Source: an uncultured delta proteobacterium (GTDB lineage: Bacteria > Desulfobacterota > Binatia > HRBIN30 > BPIQ01). Taken from it: a DNA stretch of 64,000 nucleotides. This document shows positions 40,839-50,600 of this stretch, one piece after another. Within the stretch, counting starts at the first letter, position 1. Each line of letters starts with the position of its first letter. Location: NCBI GenBank assembly GCA_963761335.1, contig CAVXGR010000018.1, positions 256,001-320,000 of the forward strand, in the 5' to 3' direction. Made by a program: the position numbers and the translations under genes. The notes under the pieces are model-generated. The model saw nothing but the letters and a program-made list of their open reading frames with translations, was not told where the DNA came from and searched no databases.

Positions 40839-40975
40839 ATGCGACAATACTCAGCAAAACTGCCGTTTCAGTTTCGGCCGGTCCAAGACGGTTCGAGTCG
40901 GGGACGGCGGATCTGCGAAGAGAGGATCGTCCCATTCCAGGCACCGTCGGCGCGGCAGGCTCTCGTGCGTGCCTG
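40839..40975 (+). pseudogene. Truncated cassette gene, DUF4288-like N-terminus
   Basis: MRQYSAKLPFQFR...RRICEERIVPFQAPSARQAL begins right after attC2, then the resemblance ends. Confidence 0.5.
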
Positions 40976-41017
40976 CGGTCTTCCTTCCGTGCGCCGTGGT
41001 GCTAGCTTGAAGCCGCC

Positions 41018-41230
41018 ATGCAGGGTCTGGGTCGCGCCCTCGTCTTTCTCGGGCTGATCATCGCCGCCGTCGGGCTGCTGCTCACCTTTGCCGGCAGGGT
41101 GCCGTGGCTCGGACGGCTGCCGGGGGACATCTACATCAAGCGCGACAACTTCACCTTCTACTTCCCGCTGGCCACCTCCATCCTCGTCAGCGTCCTCCTG
41201 ACCCTGATCTTCTGGCTTTTCCGCCGCTGA
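41018..41230 (+). CDS. DUF2905 small membrane protein
   Basis: LGRLPGDIYIKRDNFTFYFPLATSILVS signature. Confidence 0.9.
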   Translation: MQGLGRALVFLGLIIAAVGLLLTFAGRVPWLGRLPGDIYIKRDNFTFYFPLATSILVSVLLTLIFWLFRR

Positions 41231-41247
41231 AATGCCTCCATGCCACC

Positions 41248-41556
41248 ATGCCCATCCGGTTCGACTGGAATTCACGTAAGGAGCGTAGCAACCGGCAGAA
41301 GCACCAGGTCGGCTTCGACGAGGCGAGTACGGTTTTCTCGGATTCCCTGTCGATCACAATCCCGGACCCCGATCACTCGAACGACGAAGAGCGCTGGGTG
41401 ACGATGGGCTTGTCGCATCGCCAGCGGCTCCTCGTCGTGGTACACACGGAAGAAGGTGAAAAAGAGATCGTCCGAATCATCAGCGCACGTCGGGCCGACT
41501 CGGACGAACGGAGGGAATATGAAGAAGGCCACCCGCGCAAAGGAGGAGGTGCGTGA
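41248..41556 (+). CDS. BrnT family toxin, second copy
   Basis: FDWNSRK..SN..KH.VGFDEA..VF.D, DPDHS..EERW, RIISARRA...ERREYE. Confidence 0.9.
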   Translation: MPIRFDWNSRKERSNRQKHQVGFDEASTVFSDSLSITIPDPDHSNDEERWVTMGLSHRQRLLVVVHTEEGEKEIVRIISARRADSDERREYEEGHPRKGGGA

Positions 41557-41818
41557 CCACTACGACTTTCGTGGCGGGATCCGCGGTAAGTACGCCGCTC
41601 GGTACGCCGAAGGGACGAACGTGGTCGTACTCGATCCCGACGTGGCCCAGATGTTCCCCGACCGGGAGTCGGTCAACGAGGCTCTTCGTGCAGTCGGCCA
41701 GGTCGTCGAGATGCGAGAGCGTCGAAAGGCCAGCTCGAGCAAGGGCCCTGCACCCGGGCGCGGCCGCGGAGCCGCTCGGGCGAAGCCCGCTGCGGCGCGT
41801 TCTGGCCGCGTCGGGTGA
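41519..41818 (+). CDS. Cognate antitoxin (BrnA-like), second copy
   Basis: HYDFRGGIRGKYA, LDPDVAQMFPD.ESVNEALR. Confidence 0.85.
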   Translation: MKKATRAKEEVRDHYDFRGGIRGKYAARYAEGTNVVVLDPDVAQMFPDRESVNEALRAVGQVVEMRERRKASSSKGPAPGRGRGAARAKPAAARSGRVG

Positions 41819-41834
41819 GCGCAAGCCGTTAGTA
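41734..41834 (+). other. Degenerate attC site 3
   Basis: CTCGAGC (mutated R'')-AAGGG..TGCACCCG...CGGGTGAGC-GCAAGCC-GTTAGTA. Confidence 0.6.
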
Positions 41835-42040
41835 GTCATGACAACACGCTCGAGCACTATCCACTGACCGCCTCCGGAATCGTCGTCCCGGTTCTCAGCT
41901 CTGTGGGGCGACGAGGCGTGAAGGCGCGCGCCGCGGTGCGCGCCCCTCCCGGCCGCCGGAAAGTTGTCACTGCGAGGAAGAACCTCACCGCGGTGCGGGC
42001 GTGATCGGCGGGGTCCCGGAATTGCGTACTCCTGCCGGCA

Positions 42041-44008
42041 ATGGCCATCCGTCGCCTGCTTTGCGCCCTGTCACTCGTCGTGCTCGCCGCTCTGCCGGCG
42101 GGCGCCGCCGAACGCATTGCGCGTTTCCACGCCGACATCGACGTGCGGCCCGATGGCGATCTGCTGGTCACCGAAACCATCGAGGTTCGCTCCGAGGGAA
42201 AGCAGATCCGTCACGGAATCTATCGCGACTTCCCGGTGACCTCGGTGTCCTGGCTGGGCTTGAAGCGGCAGCACGGCTTCGAGGTGATGCAGGTCGAACG
42301 CGACGGGCGGCCCGAGGCCTACCGCATGGTGCCGTCTCCGGAGCGCGGCGAGACGCGCGTCTACATCGGCGATGCGTCGCAGCAGCTGATGCCGGGAACG
42401 TACACCTACACGCTCCGCTATCGCACCTCCGAGCAGCTCCGCCATCACGCCGATCGCGACGAGCTGTACTGGAACGTCACCGGCAACCGCTGGAGCTTTC
42501 CCATCGACGAGGCCAGCGTGCGGGTGCATCTGCCCGCGTCCTTCTCTGCCCGCGACCTCGAGGTGAACGGCTGGACGGGGGCGAGGAGTTCGAAGCGCCG
42601 CGCTTGGGAAACCGTGGCCGGCGATGCGGACGCGATCTCCATGCGGACTACCGCCCCTCTCGGCAGGAACGAGGGCTTCACCATCGGCATTCTCTGGCCC
42701 GCTGGGGCGGTGGCGCGGGTGGAGCAGATGGAAGAGGTGCGGGCGCTGCTGCTGCAGAACCAAGGCTCGGTCGCGGCGGCGGCGGCGACGCTGCTTGCCA
42801 TTCTTCTCTACACCTTGGCCTGGCTGGCGGTGGGTCGCGATCCGCCGAGCGGCGTTGGCCCGAGCCCCGCTGGACCCGGTAGCGACAGCGCCGTCTTCGG
42901 GGGAAATGCGCTTCCGCGGGAATCGCCTCCCGAAGGAGTATCGCCGGCGGTGGCGCGCTATCTCCGCCGGATGACCTACGACCACGGCTGCGCCGCGGCC
43001 GCACTCTTGGCGGCGGCGCAGCGCGGCGACGTCGAGCTGCAGAAGAACGAGGACAAGTTCGTCCTGCACCGCGCCGCCGGCAAGCCGCCTGCGAGCGGAT
43101 CTGCGGAAGAGGTCGCGCTCGTCGAGGATCTGCTGGGAAGCGAACGCCATTCCCTGACCCTCAGCGGCCTCGAGCGCACCGTGATCGTTCCGGCCCTGAA
43201 GCACTTCCGCCGCGCACTCGAGACGCAGGTCCTCGGACCCCTCGTCGTCAACAATGCCGTATGGCTGATTCCCGGAGCCGTGCTCTCGCTGCTCGGCGTG
43301 GGGATCAGTGTCGCTGGCAGTGCGCAGCCGGGGGGCGGACTCTTCCTGCTCGTATGGCTGAGCATCTGGACCCTAGGCGTCGTGCAGCTGGTGCGCGGTG
43401 CCGTGCAGGCCTGGGGGCGGACCGTGCGCCGCCGTCACCGCGGCGCCTCCCTCTTCGCTGCACTGCTGCTCACCGTCTTCTGTATCCCCTTCGTGGGCGG
43501 CGAGCTCTTCGGCCTGGTGATGCTCGCCAGGCTCTCGAGCCCCTGGACCGCTGGCGCTCTGGTGATCGGCGTGATGGCGCTTTTGGTTTTCTCCCAGTTG
43601 ATGAAACGCCGCACGGTGGAAGGGCGTATACGCCTGGACGAGGTCGAGGCATACGGGCGCTGGCTGCGCTCGAGCCTGTATCAACTGGTCACCGCCGATC
43701 CCGATCCGGAGCGCGCCGCGGCGCTCTACGGGAATCATCTGCCGTGGGTGGTGGCGCTCGATCTCGAGCAGCAGCTGAGCGACGGCATCGTCAGCGCGCT
43801 GGCGTCTTCGCAGAACGCTCCGTCGGCCCCGCATCTCTTTCCGGACCACACTCCGAGCACCTGGCCGCTGGCGGGGGCGGGCATCGGCGACTGTCTCGGC
43901 ACCAGTCTCGCTTCGGCATTCGCCAGCGCCTCGTCGAGCAGCTCGAGCAGCGGCGGAGGCGGCAGCTCCGGCGGAGGCGGCGGGGGAGGAGGGGGCGGCG
44001 GCTGGTGA
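42041..44008 (+). CDS. DUF2207 membrane protein
   Basis: ERI..FHADI.V.PDG.L.VTETI, IRHGIYRDFP, DELYWNVTG..WSFPI; several TM helices; GGGSSGGGGGGGGGGGW end. Confidence 0.9.
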   Translation: MAIRRLLCALSLVVLAALPAGAAERIARFHADIDVRPDGDLLVTETIEVRSEGKQIRHGIYRDFPVTSVSWLGLKRQHGFEVMQVERDGRPEAYRMVPSPERGETRVYIGDASQQLMPGTYTYTLRYRTSEQLRHHADRDELYWNVTGNRWSFPIDEASVRVHLPASFSARDLEVNGWTGARSSKRRAWETVAGDADAISMRTTAPLGRNEGFTIGILWPAGAVARVEQMEEVRALLLQNQGSVAAAAATLLAILLYTLAWLAVGRDPPSGVGPSPAGPGSDSAVFGGNALPRESPPEGVSPAVARYLRRMTYDHGCAAAALLAAAQRGDVELQKNEDKFVLHRAAGKPPASGSAEEVALVEDLLGSERHSLTLSGLERTVIVPALKHFRRALETQVLGPLVVNNAVWLIPGAVLSLLGVGISVAGSAQPGGGLFLLVWLSIWTLGVVQLVRGAVQAWGRTVRRRHRGASLFAALLLTVFCIPFVGGELFGLVMLARLSSPWTAGALVIGVMALLVFSQLMKRRTVEGRIRLDEVEAYGRWLRSSLYQLVTADPDPERAAALYGNHLPWVVALDLEQQLSDGIVSALASSQNAPSAPHLFPDHTPSTWPLAGAGIGDCLGTSLASAFASASSSSSSSGGGGSSGGGGGGGGGGGW

Positions 44009-44024
44009 TGCGCTGTTGCCGCCC

Positions 44025-44191
44025 GGGGACTGGCTCCTTTTCGGCGCACCAGTGCTTCATTCGAGGACCCGGCGTTTCAGCGCCGAAAAGGTGCCTGTCC
44101 CCTGGGGTTGGCGAAGGCGGGGACAGGCAACTTTTGCGCACCAGGCCGACGTTATCGTCAGAGTTCGAACCCGCAAAAGTAGCCTGTCCCC
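44025..44191. repeat. Two adjacent family B REP palindromes between convergent genes
   Basis: 44025-44102 (GGGGACTGGCTCC...GGTGCCTGTCCCC) and 44119-44191 (GGGGACAGGCAAC...GTAGCCTGTCCCC). Confidence 0.85.
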
Positions 44192-47100
44192 TTACACTCT
44201 CAGCAGCACCCCCACCGCTTTCTTCCCGGTCGCGGCGCGGACGCCCTCGACATACAGCGCGATCTGCCGGCGGTAGGCGTCGAGGTCGCGCTCCAGCTCG
44301 CGGTCGGTTTTGAAATCCACCACGGTCCAGGCGTCTTCTTCGAGAAACGCCAGGTCGACGATGCCGTCGACGATCAGCTCGCCTTCGCCGAGATAGGTCA
44401 CCGGCGTCTCGCGCCGGCAACGGCCGCGCGCCGCCGCTTGCCGGGCGCGCTCGAGGAGCGGATGTCGCAGGGCCTTGCGGACCGCGTCTGCGGCAGCGTC
44501 GATCTCCTCCGCCGTGGCGCCGAGCAGACGTCCCTGGAGCTGCGCCGCGGCGGTCACGGCGCCGCCTTCCGCTTCGAGAGACGCAGTCGCGAGAACGGCG
44601 TGAACGAGAGCTCCGAAGCGCGGTCCCGCCGGCCTCTCGGCGGCGCGCGCGATCTCGACGATCTGCACGAGGCCAGCCGCCGCCGGCAGGGGTACCCCCG
44701 ACGCGACCTCGCGGCGGGCCCGCTCGGTCGCGGTCTCCACCACGAGGCTCGGACGCGAGCCGCTCTCGACGGCGGCGTCGCGCCGCGCCTGCCAGCTCTC
44801 ATAGGTGCGCAGGTCGGCGTCGACCACCTTCTCGCCGATCTTCTTACCGATCAGATCCTCCTGGCGGATGCCGAATCCCAGACGCGCTCCGAGATCGAGA
44901 CTCGCCGGGTCCCACCACACCACCTCGTAGCCATCGAAGCGGTGCAGCCCAGGTCTCATTCCGGCGGCAGAGAAGGCGATGTCGGGCGGCCGCTTCAGGA
45001 CCGTGTCGCCTCCGAAGGCGGGGCAGCCCGGCGCTGCCGCCGCCCGCGTCCAGGCGTCGCGCTCGGCATAGACGGTGGCGTTCAGCGGGCTCACCCAGCC
45101 GCTGTCGAACTTCTCGTCGCCGACCGCCGGTACGACCAGCAGGTCGCGGGCGCGAGTCGCGGCGACGTAGGCGACGCGCACGCCTTCGGCGCGATCGCGG
45201 GCGCCCTCGCCCTCCTCGTGCTCGAGCAGCTCGGCCGGCGACCACCCGGCGATGCGCAGCACGCAGACGCCGCGCTCGCTGTCGATGTAGCGGCTCGCCG
45301 GCGGCCGCCACATCTTGGCGGTGATGTCGGCGAGAATGACGACGGGAAACTCGAGGCCCTTGGCCTTGTGGACCGTCATCAGCCGCACGCCCTCGCTACC
45401 CTCCTCGAGGATGGGCGCCTCGGCAGTGCGGCCGCCGTCGGCGTCCTCGGCGAGCTGATCGACGAAGCCGCGAAAGGAGATGCCGCCGCCGCGCTCGTAG
45501 ACACGGGCGAGCTCGGCGAGGTGGAGCACGTTGGCGAGCGCCTGCTCGCCGGAGGGGCGCAGCACGAAGCCGGCATGGGCCCGGGTGGCCTCCAGCAGCC
45601 GATCGATGGTCTCCGCGACCGGCAGGCGATTTCGCCGGCGATGCAGGTGGGCGAGGATTCCCAGCGCCTCGCCGATCGGTGCCAGGCGAAGGGAGAGGTC
45701 GGTGGGAACGCGGAACGGGTGCAGTCGGCCGTGCTCGTGTCGATACTCGAGCAGCTCCTCGTCGCCGACGGCGAAGAGGGAGCCCCGCACCGTGGCGAAT
45801 ACGGAGAGCTCGTCGTCGGGCCACTCGATGGCCGCCAGCGCCGTGCGCATCGTCTCCACCTCTTCGCGCTCGTGAAAGGACTTGCCGCCGACCAGAAGGT
45901 GGGGAATGGCGCGCGCCTCCAGCGCCTGGATGTAGTTGCGGGCCACGTCGCCGGCAAACATGCTGTCGAGCCGCCGGAAGAGAAGGCACACGTGTCGCGC
46001 GGCGAGCGGTACTCGCTCTCCGGGGCGCTCCCGCTCGGTCACCGTCCAGCCGCTCTTCTCGACCAGCCACTGGACGAAGGCGCCGACCGCGTCTGGCAGC
46101 GAGCGCTCGATCGCGCCCGCGGTGACATTGCGCACACCGTACGGGTGCGGCACGGGGAGGGCGACGATCGCCGGCTGCTCGGCGGACTCCTCGCGGCACT
46201 CGGCCAGCGGTACGTAGTCGGCCTGCAGCGAAGCCTGGTCGCCGGTCATCAGGGGAGCGAAGGCGGCGTTGACGGCGCGCTGGATCGAGGGCACGGCGCG
46301 GAAGCTGGTGGTCAGCTGCACGCAGGCGCCGCCGCCGCGGTCGAGGATGCCCTTCACTTCCAGATAGATGGCGACGTCGGCGCGCCGGAACCGATAGATC
46401 GACTGCTTCGGATCGCCGACGAGAAACAGCTTGCCGGGCCCCGGCTTCACCTCGCGCCAGTCGCTGATCGCGGCGTCGTCGCCGGCGAGGAGCAGCAGGA
46501 TCTCCGCCTGCAGTGGATCGGTGTCCTGGAACTCGTCCACGAAGATGTGGCTGAAGCGCCGCTGAAAGTCCTCGCGTACCGCCTTGCTGCCGCGGATCAT
46601 CTGGCGGGCGCGCACCAGCAGGTCGACGAAGTCGAGGCGACCGGCGCGCCGCTTCATCCCCTCGTAGCAGTCCACGGCCCCGAGCAGCTCCTGCTGCAGG
46701 AGGGCGGCCAGGTCGGCATCCGCGGCGCGCGCGAAGGCCTGGAGCTCGCGGCACAGGTCCCCGTGCGCCGCCAGCACGGTGGTGCGCTCCAGGCCGTCGC
46801 CGTAGGCGGCGCCGTAGCCGCGCCGCGGCCGGCCGAAGTCGCGGTTCGACGCGAGCTCGACGAAGCGGGCCTCGAGGCCGTCGTAGTCGCGGCTGCGCAC
46901 CGCCTCGCCGGTACGGATGTCGGCGCTCAGCCGCCGCGCCGGCTCGGTGTCCTTGTAGAGGCCGTCTCGCTCCCGATTGCGGCAACGGCGGGTCAGCACC
47001 GCGAACTCGTGCAGCCGTTCGACCAGCACGTCGATCTCTCCGGCGCGAGCCCAGGCGTCGCGGCGCCAGGGAGCGGGGAAGTCGCGCCACATGGCGAGAG

Positions 47101-47659
47101 TGCGGCCCGCCGTCTGCAGGCGTCCGGCCGGCCCATCGCTGTCGTATCGCGAGCTGCGCCGCAGCGAGCGGCGCACGCCCTCCGGCGGGTCCTGGAGCTG
47201 CTCCTGCAGCCAGAGAGAGAAGGCGCTGTGAAAGAGACGATCCGACTCGGCCTCGGTCATGACCCGGAATTCCGGATCGACCTGCGCCTCGACGGGTCGC
47301 TCGCGCAACAGGTCGGCGCAGAAGCCGTGGATGGTGCCGACGCGCGCCTCCTCGAGGCGCGCCAGCGCCAGCTCGAGATGATCGCGTTCGGCGCTCTCGG
47401 GCGCCGAGATCTGTCTCGCCCTCTCCAGCTCGGCGCGCAGCCGCAGCTTGAGCTCGCCCGCCGCTTTCTCGGTGAAGGTCACTGCCACCAGGCTGCCGAC
47501 CGTGGCGCGCCCGCCGGCGAGCACGGCGACGATGCGGTTCACCATCTCGGTCGTCTTGCCGGTTCCCGCCGCAGCTTCGACGAGCATATTGACGTCGAGG
47601 TCGCTGCGAATGCGGGCGCGGGCTTCGGCGTCGACGAAGGTATCGGTGCTACGGCTCAT
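44192..47659 (-). CDS. addA: AddA-like UvrD helicase with a C-terminal PD-(D/E)XK nuclease
   Basis: AAAGTGKT, TFTEKAA, VDEFQDT, GDPKQSIYRFR, MTVHKAKGLEF, YVAATRA, GIVDL..VDFKT..Q...Y. Confidence 0.9.
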   Translation of the reverse strand: MSRSTDTFVDAEARARIRSDLDVNMLVEAAAGTGKTTEMVNRIVAVLAGGRATVGSLVAVTFTEKAAGELKLRLRAELERARQISAPESAERDHLELALARLEEARVGTIHGFCADLLRERPVEAQVDPEFRVMTEAESDRLFHSAFSLWLQEQLQDPPEGVRRSLRRSSRYDSDGPAGRLQTAGRTLAMWRDFPAPWRRDAWARAGEIDVLVERLHEFAVLTRRCRNRERDGLYKDTEPARRLSADIRTGEAVRSRDYDGLEARFVELASNRDFGRPRRGYGAAYGDGLERTTVLAAHGDLCRELQAFARAADADLAALLQQELLGAVDCYEGMKRRAGRLDFVDLLVRARQMIRGSKAVREDFQRRFSHIFVDEFQDTDPLQAEILLLLAGDDAAISDWREVKPGPGKLFLVGDPKQSIYRFRRADVAIYLEVKGILDRGGGACVQLTTSFRAVPSIQRAVNAAFAPLMTGDQASLQADYVPLAECREESAEQPAIVALPVPHPYGVRNVTAGAIERSLPDAVGAFVQWLVEKSGWTVTERERPGERVPLAARHVCLLFRRLDSMFAGDVARNYIQALEARAIPHLLVGGKSFHEREEVETMRTALAAIEWPDDELSVFATVRGSLFAVGDEELLEYRHEHGRLHPFRVPTDLSLRLAPIGEALGILAHLHRRRNRLPVAETIDRLLEATRAHAGFVLRPSGEQALANVLHLAELARVYERGGGISFRGFVDQLAEDADGGRTAEAPILEEGSEGVRLMTVHKAKGLEFPVVILADITAKMWRPPASRYIDSERGVCVLRIAGWSPAELLEHEEGEGARDRAEGVRVAYVAATRARDLLVVPAVGDEKFDSGWVSPLNATVYAERDAWTRAAAAPGCPAFGGDTVLKRPPDIAFSAAGMRPGLHRFDGYEVVWWDPASLDLGARLGFGIRQEDLIGKKIGEKVVDADLRTYESWQARRDAAVESGSRPSLVVETATERARREVASGVPLPAAAGLVQIVEIARAAERPAGPRFGALVHAVLATASLEAEGGAVTAAAQLQGRLLGATAEEIDAAADAVRKALRHPLLERARQAAARGRCRRETPVTYLGEGELIVDGIVDLAFLEEDAWTVVDFKTDRELERDLDAYRRQIALYVEGVRAATGKKAVGVLLRV

Positions 47660-50600
47660 GGCCTGCTCCGCAGCTCGAGCAGATCGGCGAGCAGAGCCCG
47701 GTCCTTGCTCTGCACGCGGATTTCCTCGTAGGGGCCGCAGACGCAGCGGAAATCACAGGTCTTACAGGCGTCCTGGCGCGGCGCCGGCGGCAGCACGCCG
47801 CCGGCAATGGCGCGGTCGATGATCTCCAGCACCTCGCGGCCGCTGGCGCGCGCGGCGTCGTCGATGACCACGGTGCGCTCACCGAAGCCGCCGCGGGAGG
47901 TGCAGAAGAACAGGCGCGCCTCGGCCACCGGCTTCTCGGTTCGCGCTTCGACGGCGAGGCTGTAGAGAACCGGCTGCAGGATCTCGCCGCCGCCGATGCG
48001 CATGCCGGCGGCGGTGTGATCGCTCCCGGTCTTGTAGTCGGTGACGCGCAGGAGCTGGTCGCGGCGGGAGCGCTCGATCAGGTCGATCGAGCCGCGCAGC
48101 ACGGCGCCGCCCGGCAAGGTGACCGGATCCTCGCGACTCGCCGTGTCGCGCTCAGCAGACGGCGGCAGGCCGAAGCCCAGCTCGAAATACAGGGGCTCCC
48201 ACTCGCCGCCCGACTCCGCGGTCCTCGTCAGCCAGGCGCGCAGATCGGCGCGCATGGCGGCGATCTCGTCCTGCCACACGCGCAGGATGGGCGGCGCCAC
48301 CTGGTCGTGCACCTGGCCGGCCACCTCGTCGAGAATTTGGTCGAGAGCGGCGCGGGCATCGCCGAGACTGGCGTCGCCGCACGGCAGCGCGCCTTGAGCT
48401 CGCAGCTGTCTCAGGGTTTCCGCCTGCACGCGGTGGAACATGGCCCCGCGCGTCAGCGGATCGAGTCTCTCCAGGGCATTTGCCTGCGGGCGCGGCTCCA
48501 AGCGGTGAATGGCGGAGAGGAGAAACTGATAGGGGCAGACGGCGTATCTCTGCAGAGCCGACACGGAGTAGGGCCGCGCTGCCAGACGACTTGCCGCCAG
48601 CGCGGCGGCAGTCGTCTCGGTCGAGCGCACCAGGCCGTCGTATGCTGACCAGCCGGAGCGCCATCGGGACCAGCGGGTGCGCAACGAGCGGCCGAGGTGT
48701 TGGTTGAGCTGGAGCAGGTAGCGGGCGCGGCCGCGTGACTTCGACGGGTCGGTCTGGTGCAGCAGCCCGCCGAGAACGGCGAGGTCATGCTCGATCGGGT
48801 CGACGGCACGCCGCGGGTCCGGCGGTGCGGGCCAGGCGAGGCGCGCCTGCACCTCTGCGGCGGCCTGGCGCTCGAGCTGCTCGAAGTCGGGAATGGTGCC
48901 GCGGGTGGCGCGGGCCACGTCCAGCCCGTAGAAGGATGTCACCCGCGGGCGTGCCTCGGCCACGTCGACGCGCGGGTACGAGAGCACCACGCGGCGTTGC
49001 GCGGCGCCCACCGCCAGGCGCAGGAGAAGGCGTTCGGCGTCGACGCGTTCATCCTGGGTGCGCAGTGCGATGTCCAGCCGGCGGCGTGCGCCGTCAAGCA
49101 GCAGAGGGTCCTCACGGGGGCGCTGCGGGAAGAGGCGCTCGGCGAGACCGGGAACGAAGACGACGGCGAAGCTGCGCCCGCGCGCTTCCTCGGCGGTGCC
49201 GACGAAGACGCGCCCGTAGCGGTACGCCGGCGGATCCTCCTCGAGGGTGGAGAGCCGATCGGCGAGGACCTCATGCACCTCGTCGATGGAGACCGGGCCG
49301 ACCTCCGCCATGGGCTCGAGCTCGGCCAGGACGCGGAGGACGCGCTGCGGGCGGCGCAGGACCATGGGCGCCAGGCGCGCGAAGGCGTTCAGCCAGGCAC
49401 CCCAGCTCTGCTGCGCCGGCTGTGCGGCGAGATAGTCGATCACCGGAACGGCGAAGGATTTCAGATGCCTGAGATTGTCGAGCTCGCGTTGCCGCGCCTC
49501 GATTCGCTGAGGCTCCGGATCCCGGGCGCGGAGCTCCTCGAGCTGCAGGGCCAGCTCGTTCTCGAGGCCGTCGAGACGCCGCCGCCAGCGGTCGGCGCCG
49601 CCGAGCACCGCGGCCTCGACGAGAAGCTCCTCCCAGCGCCACGGTGCCGCCAGGCTCCCGTCGCTCTTTTCTTCGCTCGGCGATTCCGTCGAGGATGCCT
49701 CCGCCGCGGCCTGACGGGAAGCCGCAGCCACGGCGGCGGCGGCATCGTCCTCGCTGCCGGCCCAGAGCTCGCGGTTCGCCGGCGGTGCACCGGCACAGTC
49801 GAGGTCGGGGACCTGAGCAAAGGCCAGGTACTCAGCGAAGCGGCGCGCCGATAGGCCTTCGGAGAGACAGGCGAGCAGGGAGAGGAAGGCGCGTCCGGTC
49901 GGATCGGGCCGCCGGCTGCCGCGGGCGAAGTATGCGGGGATAGCGGCGCGGCGAAATGCGGCCGCGAGCAGCGGCGAGTAGATCTCCGGAGCCCGTAGGA
50001 AAACGGCGATCTGATCGAATGGAATCGCTCCCGAGGGCGAGGCGCCACCTCGCGCCTCCTCGAGAATCTTGCGCGCGATCTCGACGCACTCCCGTCCTTC
50101 CCCGGGGGCCGAGAAGAAACAGACCTCGTCGTCCAGCGGTCCGGAGGGCGGCGGCTCCTGGGAGAACAGATACGATCGCAGGCGGGCGAGCCCCGGCGCC
50201 GAGGCGACGGCGGTGGCGCCTGCTTGGGTCACGGCGCCGAGCGGCGCCATCGCCGCCATGGTCTCCCCATCTCCTGCGGCTATCGTGGCGAGCGCCTCGC
50301 CGGCGGCGCCGCACAGGGCGGCGACAAAGGCGCGTTCCGCAGGGGACCGGACCGGCACGTCGAGCAGGAGCAGGGGCGCGCCGCGGAAGGCGAAGCTGCC
50401 GTCCGCCGCTGCCGTGGCGGCGAGGTCGAGCAGGGCGGTGCGATCGGCGAGCGAAGCGCCGGCGAGCTGCTCCTGGTAGAGATCCAGCAGCGCCGCAAGA
50501 TCGTCGGCGGCCGGCGAGATGCCGCGCAGAGCGGCCGGGCGGGCGCCGGCGAGGCGGAGCTCACCCAGAGTCGTGGCCAGGGCGCGCGAGAATCCCGGGC

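Noticed and set aside
43920..44008. GGC/AGC microsatellite
   Set aside because: Encodes the normal Ser/Gly-rich C-terminus of DUF2207 proteins.
44438..47731. Long antisense ORFs (1097 aa here; also 1614-3287, 10357-12405, 33692-35458, 52635-54476)
   Set aside because: Shadow ORFs opposite well-supported genes, expected from high-GC codon bias.
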